Shown here: one piece after another, positions 39,401-52,411 of the stretch | Layout: every line of letters starts with the position of its first letter | Numbering within the stretch: position 1 is the stretch's first letter | Source: Balanoglossus misakiensis | Taxonomy: Eukaryota > Animalia > Hemichordata | Assembly (NCBI GenBank): GCA_040954595.2 | Contig: CM082597.2 | Coordinates: forward strand, 5,585,244-5,649,243 | Length of the DNA stretch: 64,000 bases | Reading direction: 5' to 3' | The notes under the pieces: model-generated | Seen by the model: only the letters and a program-made list of their open reading frames with translations | What the model was told of the DNA's origin: nothing | Database searches by the model: none | Translations under genes and position numbers: made by a program

Positions 39401-41545
39401 GGAGTTGATGAAGGCACAGTGTCAAGAAAAGGCCACCAAGGATCCCATGCTGTGGACCTTCAGCGACGATGGACGTCTGGAACCACCGGCAACGATACTC
39501 GGCGTTCTCTGCCCGGCAAACTGTCACGACAACGGCGTGTGTACGGACGGCGAATGCGTGTGCGACGCCGGGTTCGCCGGCACTGACTGCGCCGTGGATC
39601 TCAGTGTGGAACCCGCGGTGTACACGGCGCACAAGAGCGGTCTCTGCGACACCAAAACCGATGACTGCACCTACGTCTCCGTGTATGGAGATAACTTTGC
39701 CGAGTCGGATCAGTTGACTTGTCACGTCAACATTATTGAGGTTTGTTTGGCATTTATTCTCTCTCTCTCTCTCTCGTTTTCTCACTCATTCACTCACACC
39801 ACTTAGGCCTACACACATACCTGTGTAGTGTACATCATGCCTCTGCTAATCTGTTTATCTGTCTGTCTCTCCCCCTCTCTCTCACACATGTGTAGGTGTA
39901 CACCTTATGTCTCTGCCAATCTATCTGTATGTCTCTCTCTCTCCGTCTCTTCCCGACTCTTTCACACAACTGTGCAGTGTTCTGTATTTGCTCGCTGTCT
40001 CTGCCTCTCTCTCCGTGTCTGTCTGTCTGTCTCTCATCACATACGCACATATTATGTGCGACACAACGTATACCAAGCTAATGTTTCTTCCCACTGTGTA
40101 CAGGTAACTGACCAGGGATTCAGTAGGACCGATGACGTACTCACAACACCTGCAGTATTCGTCTCCTTCGAGGAGGTCAAGTGCATGACCAGAAGTAATC
40201 GTCGACGACGTGAAACCACGACTTCGACCGAACCATCCGGGTCCTTGGTTTCCATTAGCAACGACGGTGTGTTAGTGAGCGCCGAACTGCTGGTCATTGT
40301 ATTCAACCCGAACTGTTATGTGTGCAATGGAACCGAGGGGTTCTGTGTCAGAATGGTAAATATGAATATTTATTTGTCAACATGTATACCGGGTACACCC
40401 TATTCATGAGTCTAGCAGCCTCATGAATTTAAACTCAAAGCGAGGCCAATTGGGAAATCCCCTTGATGTGATTGGTCAACTTTCCCCAATGGCCTCGATT
40501 TGAGTTCCAATTCATAAGGGCGCTAAATTTATGAAAGGGGTGTATGGCATTTGAAATCGGAGATTGCAACGAAAGTAACAAACATTATTCCTTATTTTTA
40601 TTATGGCCCCGTGTATTTATATCACCGTGGCCGTGAATTAATTTGAGATTCACCAAAATAATATCGTTTTATAAATATATCAGGGGAGTAGACAGTCCAA
40701 AAAGACTATTTCATTCTAATTCAATTAGAAGTCGCTTAATTTGTTTTCTCCACAATCTAACTTTCCTTTCTCACATATTTGTCATTTAGGATGATGTATG
40801 TGTGTCTGGCGATGACTGTTACGATAAAGATCATCCGAAGTGTCAGGACCGTAAGTAATGTTTTCTCTATCATTCTATTTACACTAAAAACTAAATGGCT
40901 TAAATGTGGCAGTTTATGCATACAGAAGGCTGGCGAAATATTTCTGAGTGTCTCTGGGTATCCTCCAATCGGATATTTCATCGTTTTGATTTTTTTTATT
41001 ACAGAACTGACTTACATCCTTGTTGGCTCAATTCTTGGTGGAATCGCCGCCATTGCTGTTATCGTCATCGTCATCGTGGTCGTCAAGAAAAAGTGAGTTT
41101 CTTTACTCCTATGACGTAAATTGTGTTTTGATAATTATTGTCATGACGGCCCATACGGACAGAGTTGTGCATATGAGTTGATGGCCAGTACTGGTCTAAA
41201 ACAATTGGTAAGGCTGAACTGATACGTGAACGGTAATGTGGTCTTATAGGCCCAAACAAAATACATGTACATGTACCTGTAATTCATCTGAATGTTCCCG
41301 TTGTCGGTATTATCGGGGACAATATTAGTTTTGTTGAAGACGCCAGAGAAATCTTACTAAAGGCAGGGCAGGGGTCTCGGTGGTGATAGTTGTGATGGGG
41401 GGGGGGGGGTGGCGGTGGTCTTATTACAATATAGTATATTTGTATCGGGTATAAAGCAGCAATAATTAACTGTTCTTTTCTATTTCACAGAATGGCTATG
41501 AAGGCCAAAGTAGGCTCATCGGACGCAGCGCTGGAAAGATTCTAG
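31130..41545 (+). CDS. von Willebrand factor D and EGF domain-containing (VWDE-like) type I membrane protein with N-terminal TSP1 and EGF
   Basis: Exons: 31130-31475 (signal peptide, TSP1 'WTPCSASCG', EGF; GC donor), possibly 31932-31961, 32120-32319, 33519-33599, 34822-35172, 35555-35634 (CSGMGDPHYHTFDG), 35908-35971, 36425-36670, 37649-37872 (GLCG), 38364-38706, 39082-39237 (WPTPSGI), 39366-39740 (EGF), 40104-40355, 40790-40850, 41005-41092 (TM helix), 41491-41545 (TAG). Confidence 0.85.
33308..33492. repeat. (CAT)n/(CAC)n microsatellite, intronic
   Basis: Direct reading; it lies just before the acceptor at 33518. Confidence 0.97.
36690..36995. mobile_element. Foldback (palindromic) non-autonomous element
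   Basis: Long imperfect inverted arms 'acacatgatgactgaca...ggcaacagtgtatttt' / 'aaaatacactgttgcc...tgtcagccatcatgtgt' centred on 'cccgagggcatagcccgaggg'. Second inverted pair 'ttataacacacca' / 'tggtgtgttataa'. Confidence 0.8.
37105..37490. repeat. (CCTTG)n followed by a GA-rich low-complexity tract
   Basis: Direct reading. Confidence 0.95.
40394..40544. mobile_element. Small palindromic MITE-like element
   Basis: 'tacaccc..ttcat...atgaatt..aactcaaa.cgaggcca.ttggg' mirrored by 'cccaatggcctcgatttgagtt..aattcat...atgaaaggggtgta'. Confidence 0.7.
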
Positions 41546-42280
41546 AACTCATGGGTACTATACCATGCCACAGAGAGATTTATTTTATACCGACTACTCT
41601 ACAAAAGTCTTTCTGTGTTGATGTAACTTTTCAAAGTACCATAGGCCTGCATCACCATAACAGGGATGTATATAGCCACACAACAAACAAGGCTACAAAT
41701 TCAACAGTTGTACATAGATTTGTACTACTAAGTTAAAAAAGAAATTAGTTGCGTGAAATCAATGTAAAAATATTTTAAATGTAAAATACACCTTTTCTAG
41801 CTATATTGACTACCCATATTGACTTACATGCATAAGTCACACGTGGGAGTATAATGTATGGATTTATAATTGTATATATGTAAAAATGACTATAGATGTG
41901 TATTTATCATTGGATTATTGTTATCCTATAGTGTATTTTTTTTATAAATATTCGGATACTTGCAGTTATAACTGGAAAATACATATATTACATGTATAAA
42001 TATGGTTGCTTCCAAACCATGACAACGACCAGTGTCAAGTTTTGGATGACAGGACTTGACACTTGAGCTAGAAATGGTAGCCAAAATAGCCCTGGGCATG
42101 TGTTATTGATATATATTTTTCAGCAGTGTATCAACGTCAGGTGTCCTTTGCTTTGCTCAGACGAGAAACGTTTGCATTGTGAAAATGATGATCAGGCGAT
42201 CCCCAAGCGTTGGTCAAACAGCGCCTTCAGTGATAAGATGTAGATACATGTGACAAGCGCTCCTGACTCCTGTGCCTGCT

Positions 42281-43011
42281 GTTACCATGGTTACGGCATG
42301 GTAGTAGGCCTATGTATATTTTTTTTTTCAAGTGAAACTACAAGACTGTATATTTTTATTTTTCGTTTATGATATGTAAACTATGACACACTGGCAACAC
42401 TGTCAGCCCGGTAGTACGCTGTGCTTATAATGTTTAGAGGAATAAAACAATGTGATTGTGAGTTGCTAGATCTTTCAAGTCTCGTGTGTTTAATTGGCTT
42501 AGGGTGTCTGGTTTCTATGTATATCGGTCTCGGTGATCAAATACACTGAATCCATGGCTTTATTTTAATATTGCCCTAAGGTTTAACAATGCAATCCAAA
42601 TCGGTATTTAAAAAACTCACTGTATGATAAAATCATATATTACGGTGTCGAATGTCCATAAGTAAATTCCTACCGTTGGCTGCGCTGTGCTCCCCGAAAT
42701 GTACAGGTCAGACAACGCAAGTGTACACGGCGTTAGAATGGGAATGGCACGGAACCAAATAGGTCACACAAGTTTGAATGGAATAATACGCTAGTAGGCG
42801 GCATAAATGTTACAGTTTTACAGAAGCTGTGTATATTAAACGAATTGTTGATCTCAGTATATTTACATTCACTAGAAAAATACTGTACAACTTTACAAAT
42901 GTCATTAATGCAAGGGGCGTCCCTGAATCCGAATCCACTGCTCGCCATACAATACATCACGTTATTTCTCGCGAGATCTCAGGTGTATGTAGCATTCCAT
43001 TGCCTAGCAGT
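42281..43011 (+). promoter_or_regulatory. IFT46 upstream region: X-box-like GTTACCATGGTTAC (42281-42294), TCTCGCGAGA palindrome (42967-42976), weak X-box ATTGCCTAGCAGT (42999-43011)
   Basis: Motifs seen directly. RFX control of IFT genes and the TCTCGCGAGA promoter motif (BANP/ZBTB33 in vertebrates) are established; function here is inferred. Confidence 0.5.
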
Positions 43012-43024
43012 AGTGTAGCTTCTG

Positions 43025-46000
43025 ATGGACGATTCCGACGACGATCAGCGTAAAGTAAGCATAATTCTACACCATTTTCGTGTGTTTTATCGCATTCTAT
43101 CTCGTTTGAAGGAGAAGAACTGTGAAATATTTGTGTATACATGTTCAAAATATCTCCACTTGCCAGTTTTTGTCTCAAATACGGTGTTATCGGAAAAATT
43201 TACGATCCGTCGAAGCTGTCAGCCGGTAGATCTGATGTACGGGGAAAATGTCAACATTGCCTGTAACATAACTGTTGATGACACTGTTTGTCTTAAAACG
43301 GAATAGTTCAGAATGTCACATGCCACCTCGAAATGTTCAGATTCATCGATAGATACTCTTACGCAGAACATGATCAGTACTATTTTGAACCACTGGCATG
43401 TACATGTAATGATACACGTAGGACGGTTGTCAATTTCTCAATGTTATGTTTTCGTGTTGACAGACACGACTTGTTGTCAATCAACCATACGACGAATCTC
43501 TCGAAGTTCCTGACGCCGAAGAGGTCGCCTCTACCTACACACCAACACCAAGAGCTCCCGGTGCCGCAGGTATGAATGTCTTGTACACTGTGGTTGTTTT
43601 TCTGCCACGATTATAGATCATCATGGTCGCCTCTGTTCGAGTGGTTATGATATGTACACAGACCACCCGGGACAGACTACCAAACTATGAGCTGTTGATA
43701 CATGTACTCCCCAACGCTAGCCGGTACAGCATGGGTAGCTTCGGTTTATAATACTGTAAACATATATCAGAATTCGTGTTTTTGACCGACCGTTACTTGT
43801 GATATTGATAAGATCGATTTATGACAGCAGAAGTCTTGTCTGAGCTCATTTTGAGAATCACGTGTGCAATGGCGTCCTGTCACCATGGTGAATCATCTGA
43901 TAAAATTAAAATAACCCACAGTAATCAATGTAGTAGTTGAATTTACATTTGGGCATCCCTGAGGCAGTACATGTCAGCAGTGATTCCATTGCGTTTATGA
44001 TCCCATGCAGTGTTCTCCCCAGAACAATTACAGAGAGGCTGTGGCTGTTTTGAAAAACAATAGAAACTCATTAACATAACAATTTCCCATATTGCTTTGT
44101 AAATTAGCCGCTACTCTGTCAGAAATTCCTGGGGAGAACACTGCCATGATTTATTTAAGCAATAAAACACCCCCAGCCATGGTATATCACGAGATTTTGA
44201 CCAGTTCACGACATATACACACGAGCGATAGCGAGTGCGTATATGGAGTTGAACTGGTCAAAATGGAGTGGTATACCATGGCTGGGGGTGTTTTATTGCT
44301 ATTATATTATGCCAGTATATTGAAACTTTGCATAAAACATTTTAAAAAGGCATTTTCTTTAACTATGATATATGACTGTGGTATATGGCTAATATATCAC
44401 GGTCACGTGTCGTGTCTCGACCAATCAGATAGCGTGATTTAAACCATCAATATACTGGTATAATATAATATATATCATATGTATAATTTTTATACAGATC
44501 GCGGTGGTGGACAGCGATCAAGTACAGAAATGACCGACCGAACAGATGACAGCGATGAATACGAAGAAAATACTATGGAGAATAAAGTAAGGAAGTGGGG
44601 CATGAATTATGACACACAGATACATGAGTTACAGATATCTGGCAGGCTAATATTCTCATTCAGTGTTTTTGCTAAGGCCGGCGAACAGTGGTAAATGAAT
44701 TGGTAACCTTGGTAATGCTTCTGCTATCTACTATGACTGCATTGATCTACCAAGGGTAACCAAAAGTAAAATGACTGGGGAACCCCGGTAACATTTACCT
44801 GGGTACTGCCCTTAACAAAAACACTGATCATCGTTCATCAGCAACACAGCTGATTGTAGATACATTACATTTATCTGTAATTCAGATGATATGGCTGTCT
44901 AGGCAGATGTTCAGGGTACAGCAGTGAAACATAAAAACTTACATAATCATATTCATTCACAAATGTCCAAATCTGAGGTACCACTTGTTTTGGTCATTAG
45001 TAACTGTCGATAGTAAACTCTCTCGCAGCCCAAGGTTCACTACAAGGCTCTTCAATGATGCGCCCTCAACCGTTCAGCAAAGGAGAAGCCCCATATGGTG
45101 TTGTGTAGCGAACCACTCGCCGGGCACACATGCAATCAGTCCATAAGCCTGCATGGACGGCGAGAGGGGCTGTGAGAGAGTCTACTGTCGATAGCCACTA
45201 ACACAAACAACAACAAACCGACAGACAGACAGAAATACAATTACAAACAGTAGCAAACAGAAATGATGCAACCATGAAGTCTGAATCCTGATTAGTTTAA
45301 TGTGTAGTGCATCTGTGTGGCATGTGCAGTATGGATAGCCTCAGTTTCCTGTGGGAACATTGCATGCCAAGTTGATATAATGATAACCTGTTGAGGATCT
45401 CCAAAACATAAAGAAACCCTACAAATTCTTTGGAAAAATACCAAGTACAATGTACAGTATTCTGAAGAATTTGCCATCTCATTGAATCTGAATTTACTCT
45501 TCCATCACACCTTTGAAAGTTATACTGTAACCCACAACAGGTTGTCACTGATTTGACCGTCTAGAAAGACATATAGTTTTGCATGTATTATAATACTTGA
45601 CTGTATTTAATTCCATTGTTTGTATCATAGGACAGTCATTTTTCTACTCCCTCACTCTGGAACTGTACCATTGAATTTTTGTGCTCATGTAAAATGCAAC
45701 AGATCCCTATATACAGAGATATTGTACAATGCACACACACTTGCTTTTTGGGATGAGCAATAATGTGTGACCTTTGCCCCCAATCTATTTAACATACATG
45801 TAGCCATACAGCATTATTTAGTGTCCATTATTGTCATTTTGTCGCCATCTAGCCTGATGATGATGATGATGATTCTCAACAAACAGATCAGATTAATCAG
45901 TTGATTCAACCAACACAGGTACAATAGTGTGACACCGTGTGTGTGTGGGTGTGTGGGTGTGTTTTTTTATGTAAGCGTGACATTGCTTTCTTGTTCATAG

Positions 46001-49000
46001 TCTGGTCTTCTTCATCCAAATCACGCACCATTCATAGACCACCATGTCTCTGCATGCAGTGCCTTCCCATTGCAGGTCATAGGTCACCAAGAGAAGTCAG
46101 GTGACCTGAATCCCCTGGTGACCTTTGACACAAAGCTGTTGATTCCTGTTAGGATGGGGGGTCATAAACATATGTGTTGATCACCCTTGGCAACTTACAC
46201 ATCTGTGTTATATATACCATGATATTACATGTTCCCTTTCATCACGAGTATTATTTTTGGCGAATTATTAGAAGCTAGTACCACCTTTTAAAAATAGACC
46301 CATTGAAGAGGTTCATATTATTTGACCCTAGAGCTTGTGGGATGACTCCTTGTTTATAAACAAAAAAAATTGTGTTTTGAATGACCCTATCAGATGAAGG
46401 TCACACACATTTAATTTCATATTAATTTTTATAAAATCAAAAACTTTCTAGTATGCCAAAATCAAGACTATAAACAAGAAACTGTGTGTGCAGAACTGTG
46501 TGATAAACCATTTTAACTTTTAATAGTTTAGTTTTTGCCTGTGTTTGCTGTGCAGTGCACTAACCCTGTACGCAAGTACTCTACTGTCTGATAAATATCT
46601 CTGCCTTGCTTGTAGTCCCCTACCTTAACCATTTCACCACCATGGTTTCATCCTAATCCATTGTTTTCTATGGTAAAGTTGGACCTCTAAAGAGGGAGTG
46701 GGGGTGAAAGGGTTAACCAGAGAGAATTGGGCTGTAGTGTACATTTGCCTTTGTGACTGAAAAAATGGTGCCATGTACGAAAACCTGTTGACTAGTCAGG
46801 AAATAATATGCAGTGTTTCATCTAGCAGTTTATGAAGGGGGACCAGTCCCCCTTTCAGTGATGACACTCGCATGTTGGAGATATTACACCCCCCTTGTCA
46901 GAGTGGAATTCTCCCCAAAAAAATTTTTCCAAAGGGGGACATATCCCCCATTTTGATGCCATCCTGGATGAAACACTGGATATGATAAAGTCATTTTATA
47001 AGTCGCAGCGGTATTATAAGTCGCACCCCTTCTTTGAAAGACTTGTTTGGGAGGAGACTTTAAGGAAATGAATACAACAGAACATCTGTATAAGTATTAT
47101 AAGTCGCACCCCCTTTTCGGCACACACTGTCACTCAAAAAAGGCGCGTCTTATAAAATGACTTTAAAGGGACAAAGTCTCTGTCTCGCTGGGCCAGCCTT
47201 TTTCCATTAATTATGTTTGATACAAGACACTGCTTATGTTAATGTACATGTGGATATATAGTGAATCAACGTTCAACCACACAAAACTTCCTTCCCACTT
47301 GTATGATATGAGAGTAAAAACTCGCCCAAAATGAATAAATGGTAAAGAACGATTATTCATTTTGGCGAGTTATTCACTCTCGTGTCTATAAGAGGGATGG
47401 AAGTTGTGTGTGGTTGAACGTTCATTCACTATTTATCCACATGTAGAATAACAAAGGTTGTCTCTTATCAAATATAATGAATGGAAAAACGGGCAGCGAG
47501 AGAGAGACTTTGTCCCTTTAATGGTATTCCTGATATATTCTGTGTGCGTCTTTGTCTCATGTCTGTGCTTTCGTCTTCTGTCCTTCACTCCATCTTTAGA
47601 CTGTCAAATCAAGTGGCAATAAGAAGAAGGTACTGTACTGGATCTGAACTCTGTATGCTTGGCTTGCCGACTGCATGCTAACAATGGGCTTTCATTCTTT
47701 TAACTATGAAATTGTATTGCCGATTGAGAGTACTTTCACTAACAACATAAGCAGACAGAATTAGAGGTACATAAGTAATTGTAAAGCAGGGTTGAGTAAA
47801 AGACCACAATACGATCAAGAGAAAAGATTGACCCAACAGCAGTACATTAACATAAACGGCGTCTTGTATCAAACATAATTAATGGAAAAATGGCTGCGAG
47901 AGAGAGGCTTTGTCCCTTTAATATTTATTTGTACATTACAGCTCTAACACCCCACTCTGTGTTCATCTTTCTTTCTTTTTTTTTCACTTTTGTGGAAACG
48001 AACTGGTCAGTTGATATCCAAGTCCGCTAGGGGTATAAATAATAGTCTTAACGAAAAATTTACCAGTCTCCTCCAAGTGTGTGTGCTCCGTCATTCAAGT
48101 TCAAGAAACATACCCTGCTTTTTATTATTATCATCAGTTCATAGAGTTGCTTGATTAATTTCTGGCACCTTTGAGAAATTTGTGAATTAGAAAGACTTCG
48201 ATGCAACCAGCATAAGAATACAGATGTACAGACAAATACATGGTATAGAAATAAAATAAAAAAAATGTGCAAGACAAAATAATCAAAATAATGTTACATG
48301 TACGATATCACAAGTTTTTCCCTTGGAGGAGCATCATATCAAGTGACCAGTTCAAACCCATAGTGTGAAATCACCTTCACAGTGTGAAAAAAAAGTTACC
48401 TTCATGATACTGCTTTGATATTGAATAGTATGCCTGATCTTTTCAGCCCATAGGTCCACCTTCGCAACTAGACCAGCTAGACCCAAAGGGCCAGTATAAC
48501 AGCGAGGATGATGATGATGATGACGATGAAGATGGATCAGACTCTTCGGATGATGATGATGACGACGATGATGACGACGATGAACACGGAGGAGCCATAG
48601 AGGGGTGAGTTAAAGGGAAGCGGTTGTCATGCCGCGTGGGTGTCCCCCCTTGATGAGAATATGTCCTCCCATTCCAGTACAAACCTCATTGCAGTCGCCA
48701 CGACCTTCTAGGATCTTCAGTTGCTGTCATGCCCAGTCTACGCTACGGTTGGCTGCTTCATTCATTCTAAGAATAATCTAATTTCAGGGATTCGTAGATG
48801 AATTATAATGTTTATAAACAAACATATACTGTAAACTGGGAAATTTTCACGATATCAAAAGGGGCAACTGTTACACGACGATTAATTTTCTGGTCTTTTT
48901 GCAAATATTTCTCGATTTATTTCTTAATTTTAGACTCAGTGGACATATGTTTCTATTGCCTACAAGTTGTGATCAAAATTTTGGAAAAAAATGTCAAGAA

Positions 49001-51057
49001 AGTTATGAAATTAAATTTTGTGAAAAAAAAAGACGGCAAGTGGACATGGGCGTTTAAATGGCTGATCAAGATACTGTTCGCTACAATAGATGTTGTATTT
49101 TATTCTAAATCCATTGTCTTTTTTCCAGAGCCTATGATCCGGCTGACTACGAGCATCTTCCGGTGACGCCGGATATCAAGGAACTATTCCAGTACATCAC
49201 AAGGTACACACCCCAGACCATAGAATTGGATCATAAGCTGAAACCCTTCATTCCTGATTTCATTCCGGCTGTTGGCGACATAGATGCCTTCATCAAGGTA
49301 AGAACGTGCTGTAAATACAGGCCTAATGCTAGTTGCAGCTTTTGATACACGTTTTTGTATCAACTGCAGAATCTTGTCACACAGGGACCATTAAGACGTT
49401 TCTGAGCCATCTTGGATCAAATACTGGCGTAAATTATTATGTGTGAACAGTTTAAGTGGTCCTGGAACGTCTCAGATTTGAGACGGCTTAGCTGGCCAGA
49501 CCTGAGCTGGTGTAAGAAATAATACCTCTCCGCAACCCATTGTCTATGGGGCCCGAGCCTCAGCGCCTATACATAAACTCTGTGTGTGTGGACACAACGC
49601 GACTCAAAGGATTAATGCTCTGTGTTTACCATAGGCAAATAGTGTCTCAAATTTTACCCTGTGTGAACCTGGTAATAAATGTCTACCTGCAGGTAAACAG
49701 ACCAGACGGCAAACCGGACACACTTGGACTCTCTGTCCTGGACGAGCCGTGTGCCAAGCAGTCGGACCCGACAGTCTTGGATCTCCAGCTGAGAGCCATC
49801 TCCAAACAGACCACCACCAAAACTGTCACAGTGCGCAGCATCGACGAAGCAGACAAACACCCCAAGACGGTTCAGAACTGGATAGACAGTATCAGTGAGC
49901 TACACAGATCCAAGCCACCCCCGACTGTACATTATAATAAGTAAGTTTCTGTAAATTTAAACCTTCCACCCCCATTCACCACAATGGATTTGGACGAAAC
50001 TATGTTGGTGAGAGGGTTAAATCACATATTCCGGTATTTTGGACAGGGGAAGGATCTGTATGGCCTTGTAGGCCTATAGGGGCCATAATATTTATGTTTA
50101 AAGGTATACACCCACCTCTAATTTACATGTGGTGGTGCACTTTTTTGTGTGTCACCCACTGAAAACCTGTGATTGGCTAAATTATAATTTTCCATGGTAA
50201 CAGTGGCGAAATTTGCATACCTGTAAGCTGAAGTCTGCATATAAGCTAACCATTATGCATTTCCCTCAAAAATTGCTACATTGTTGATTGTCTGTCTGTT
50301 TGTTTGACAGAACCATGCCAGATATAGACGAACTGATGCAAGAATGGCCGCCAGAGTTTGAAGACCTCCTCAACAAAGTCGGCCTACCCACGGCCGAGCT
50401 GGACTGCAGTCTGTCCGAATATGTCGAGATGATTTGCGCCGTATTGGACATCCCCATTTATAAAAACAAAATACAGAGTCTACACGTTTTGTTCACACTT
50501 TATTCGGAATTCAAAAATTCACAAGTAAGTACGGCAGTCTTCCTATATTTTTCCAGTCGTGGTTTGGTCCATGGTGATTTGGCACCTCCCATTGTAAATA
50601 AGGGTTGTTTATTATTAGTTATTATATTATTCATATGTTATTATTTATAATTTTTGTTTCATTTTTGTATTTGTTGTTGTTGTTTATTAAGGTTGTTTAT
50701 TATTTGTATAATTATCTATTTACCATGGTGAAATTATTACAGAATTTATCTGCCTGGCCTTATATGATGGGTTTTCAATCTACAAAGATAAAATTTCCCT
50801 TAGAGCGACATGATGTAGGGAAAAATGCTAGATTATTGTATTGTAGTACATTTCTATCTGCATACCCACTTTACTGTTGACACACAACACAACACAACCA
50901 CATACAATTTAATTTAACCTCAGTATTCTCTGTTTTACTTTGACAGCATTTTAAGAACCTAGCGGCCGAGAATAAACTTGACAATGCGTTGAAGGCCAAG
51001 GGCAATGAAGCCAGTAGCGGCGAACCAAGCAATGAACCGGAGAGATTTGTGTTGTAG
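43025..51057 (+). CDS. IFT46: Intraflagellar transport protein 46 homolog
   Basis: Exons: 43025-43054, 43464-43569 (NQPYDESLEV), 44498-44586, optional 45853-45918, 48447-48604 (acidic tract), 49129-49297 (GAYDPADYEHLPV...LKPFIPDFIPAVGDIDAFIK), 49693-49940 (LDEPCAKQSDPTVLDLQLR), 50311-50524 (MPDIDELMQEWPPEFE...IQSLHVLFTLYSEFKNSQ), 50947-51057. Phases are consistent. Confidence 0.95.
44008..44143. mobile_element. MITE with CAGTGTTCTCCCCAG terminal inverted repeats
   Basis: 15 bp perfect TIR, flanked on both sides by 'ccatg'. Confidence 0.75.
44155..44462. mobile_element. Foldback element (same family as 24565)
   Basis: Near-perfect inverted arms 44158-44300 plus a 'ccagtatattga' / 'tcaatatactgg' pair. 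Confidence 0.85.
44661..44826. mobile_element. MITE with CAGTGTTTTTG.TAAGG TIRs
   Basis: 'cagtgtttttgctaagg' ... 'ccttaacaaaaacactg'. Confidence 0.7.
46629..46712. mobile_element. Short TTAA-flanked piggyBac-like MITE; relatives at ~49961-50016 and ~57612-57700
   Basis: ttaa|ccatttcacc ... ggtgaaaggg|ttaa, with shared internal 'cattgttttct...gttggacct'. Confidence 0.65.
46811..46978. mobile_element. MITE with CAGTGTTTCATC TIRs
   Basis: 'cagtgtttcatc' ... 'gatgaaacactg'. Confidence 0.7.
46986..47165. mobile_element. Tc2/pogo-like MITE
   Basis: TIR 'taaagtcattttataagtcgc' / 'gcgtcttataaaatgacttta' with internal repeats of 'tataagtcgcac'. Confidence 0.65.
47167..47517. mobile_element. TTAA-flanked foldback MITE (Kolobok-like AGGG termini); solo right arm at ~47843-47917
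   Basis: ttaa|agggacaaagtctc ... gagactttgtccct|ttaa. The whole element is an imperfect palindrome. Confidence 0.9.
49555..49675 (+). repeat. Dispersed repeat shared with ~58495-58590
   Basis: 'gagcctcagcgcctatacataaa...ttaatgctctgtgtttaccataggcaaatagtg...aacctggt' occurs in both places. Confidence 0.85.
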
Positions 51058-51195
51058 TGTTTATAGAGCTCGTAGAGTTACTAGTGACGTCCCTCATTTG
51101 CATACAGTTATTTCCACAAAATGCAAATCAAGAGTTGCAGTGGTGATGTGGTGCGCCCTCCCATAGTGTATACAAACGCAATTTGATTGCATTAA

Positions 51196-51542
51196 AGGGA
51201 CAAAGTCTCTCTCTCGCTGCCCTTTTTCCATTAATTATGTTTGACACAAGGCACTGTTTATGTTTTTCTACATGTGAATATATAGTGAATCAACGTTCGA
51301 CCACACACAACTTCTATGCCGTTTGTAGAATATGAGAGTAAAAACTCGCCCAAAATGAATAAATGGTAAAGAACGATTATTCATTTTGGCGAGTTTTTTC
51401 ACTCTCCTGTCTATAAGAGGGATGGAAGTTGTGTGTGGTTGAACGTTCATTCACTATATATCCCATTGTAGAATAACAAAAGGTGTCTTGTATCAAATAT
51501 AATTAATGGAAAAAAGGGCAGCGAGAGAGAGACTTTGTCCCT
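51196..51542. mobile_element. Second copy of the TTAA-flanked foldback MITE, just downstream of the IFT46 stop
   Basis: Same TIRs, TTAA duplication and internal palindrome as 47167-47517. Confidence 0.9.
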
Positions 51543-52411
51543 TTAAAGAGTAGGTGCCTTGCCCATACCCACAACACGTGAAATCACTCTTTGGGTGGTG
51601 AAGTCGAGATTTGTTGCTGTCTAAAAATCTCATGTATTGCAGTAACGGTGATGTTGTACATAAAACTCCGTCCTGGGTGTGTGATCAAATATGAATTAGC
51701 TGTAAAATTGGCTTTTTTTGAGTATCATAAGCCTGTTAATACATGGAATTTTATAGAGATGGTCAGGGAAAGTTGGTCATTGTAGATAGCTATTCATGTT
51801 TTTTTTGGTCAGGCCCCACTGTATTTATGACATCATGGCCCATAGTTTTTCGTCAATATTTTGTGTAATGCTTTTTTGTGCTGTCAATTTTCATCTCTCT
51901 GATTCTGTGATTCATGTTTTTATAGAAACTCGGAAAAAATGGTTTACCTGTTATACACGTATCCAATTCAAGTTTCAAATGCCAAACATCATACACTGTG
52001 AAAACTCTTCATACAAAGATTATATGTAAGGATCTTTCATCATGCAATGTTTATTGTGTATTTCTACTGCCTTACCCCCCCCCCCCCCCATTCAGCAATG
52101 GTATATCCTATTCTACTGTTCCAACAAATAAGAATGTCTCATCATTCTGCAATTATAGGTTTGACAAGACTACAAGTTGAGGGACGATTTCATGACTTAA
52201 GTGTGATGCATAATTTCTATCTCGCCCTTAAAAGATTGTTAAGTTGTACATATTTTTCCCCCAGAAGAATTTGCAAACTTGAAATTTTATCATATTGTAA
52301 ATAGTTTTATCCAGACCGATATCACTGTAATTCAAACAGATGCCATGATTTGATAGAAATAAAATATCGTTGTCTCTCACCTCGTTTGTGACTTGTCTAT
52401 ATTTTGTTTAA

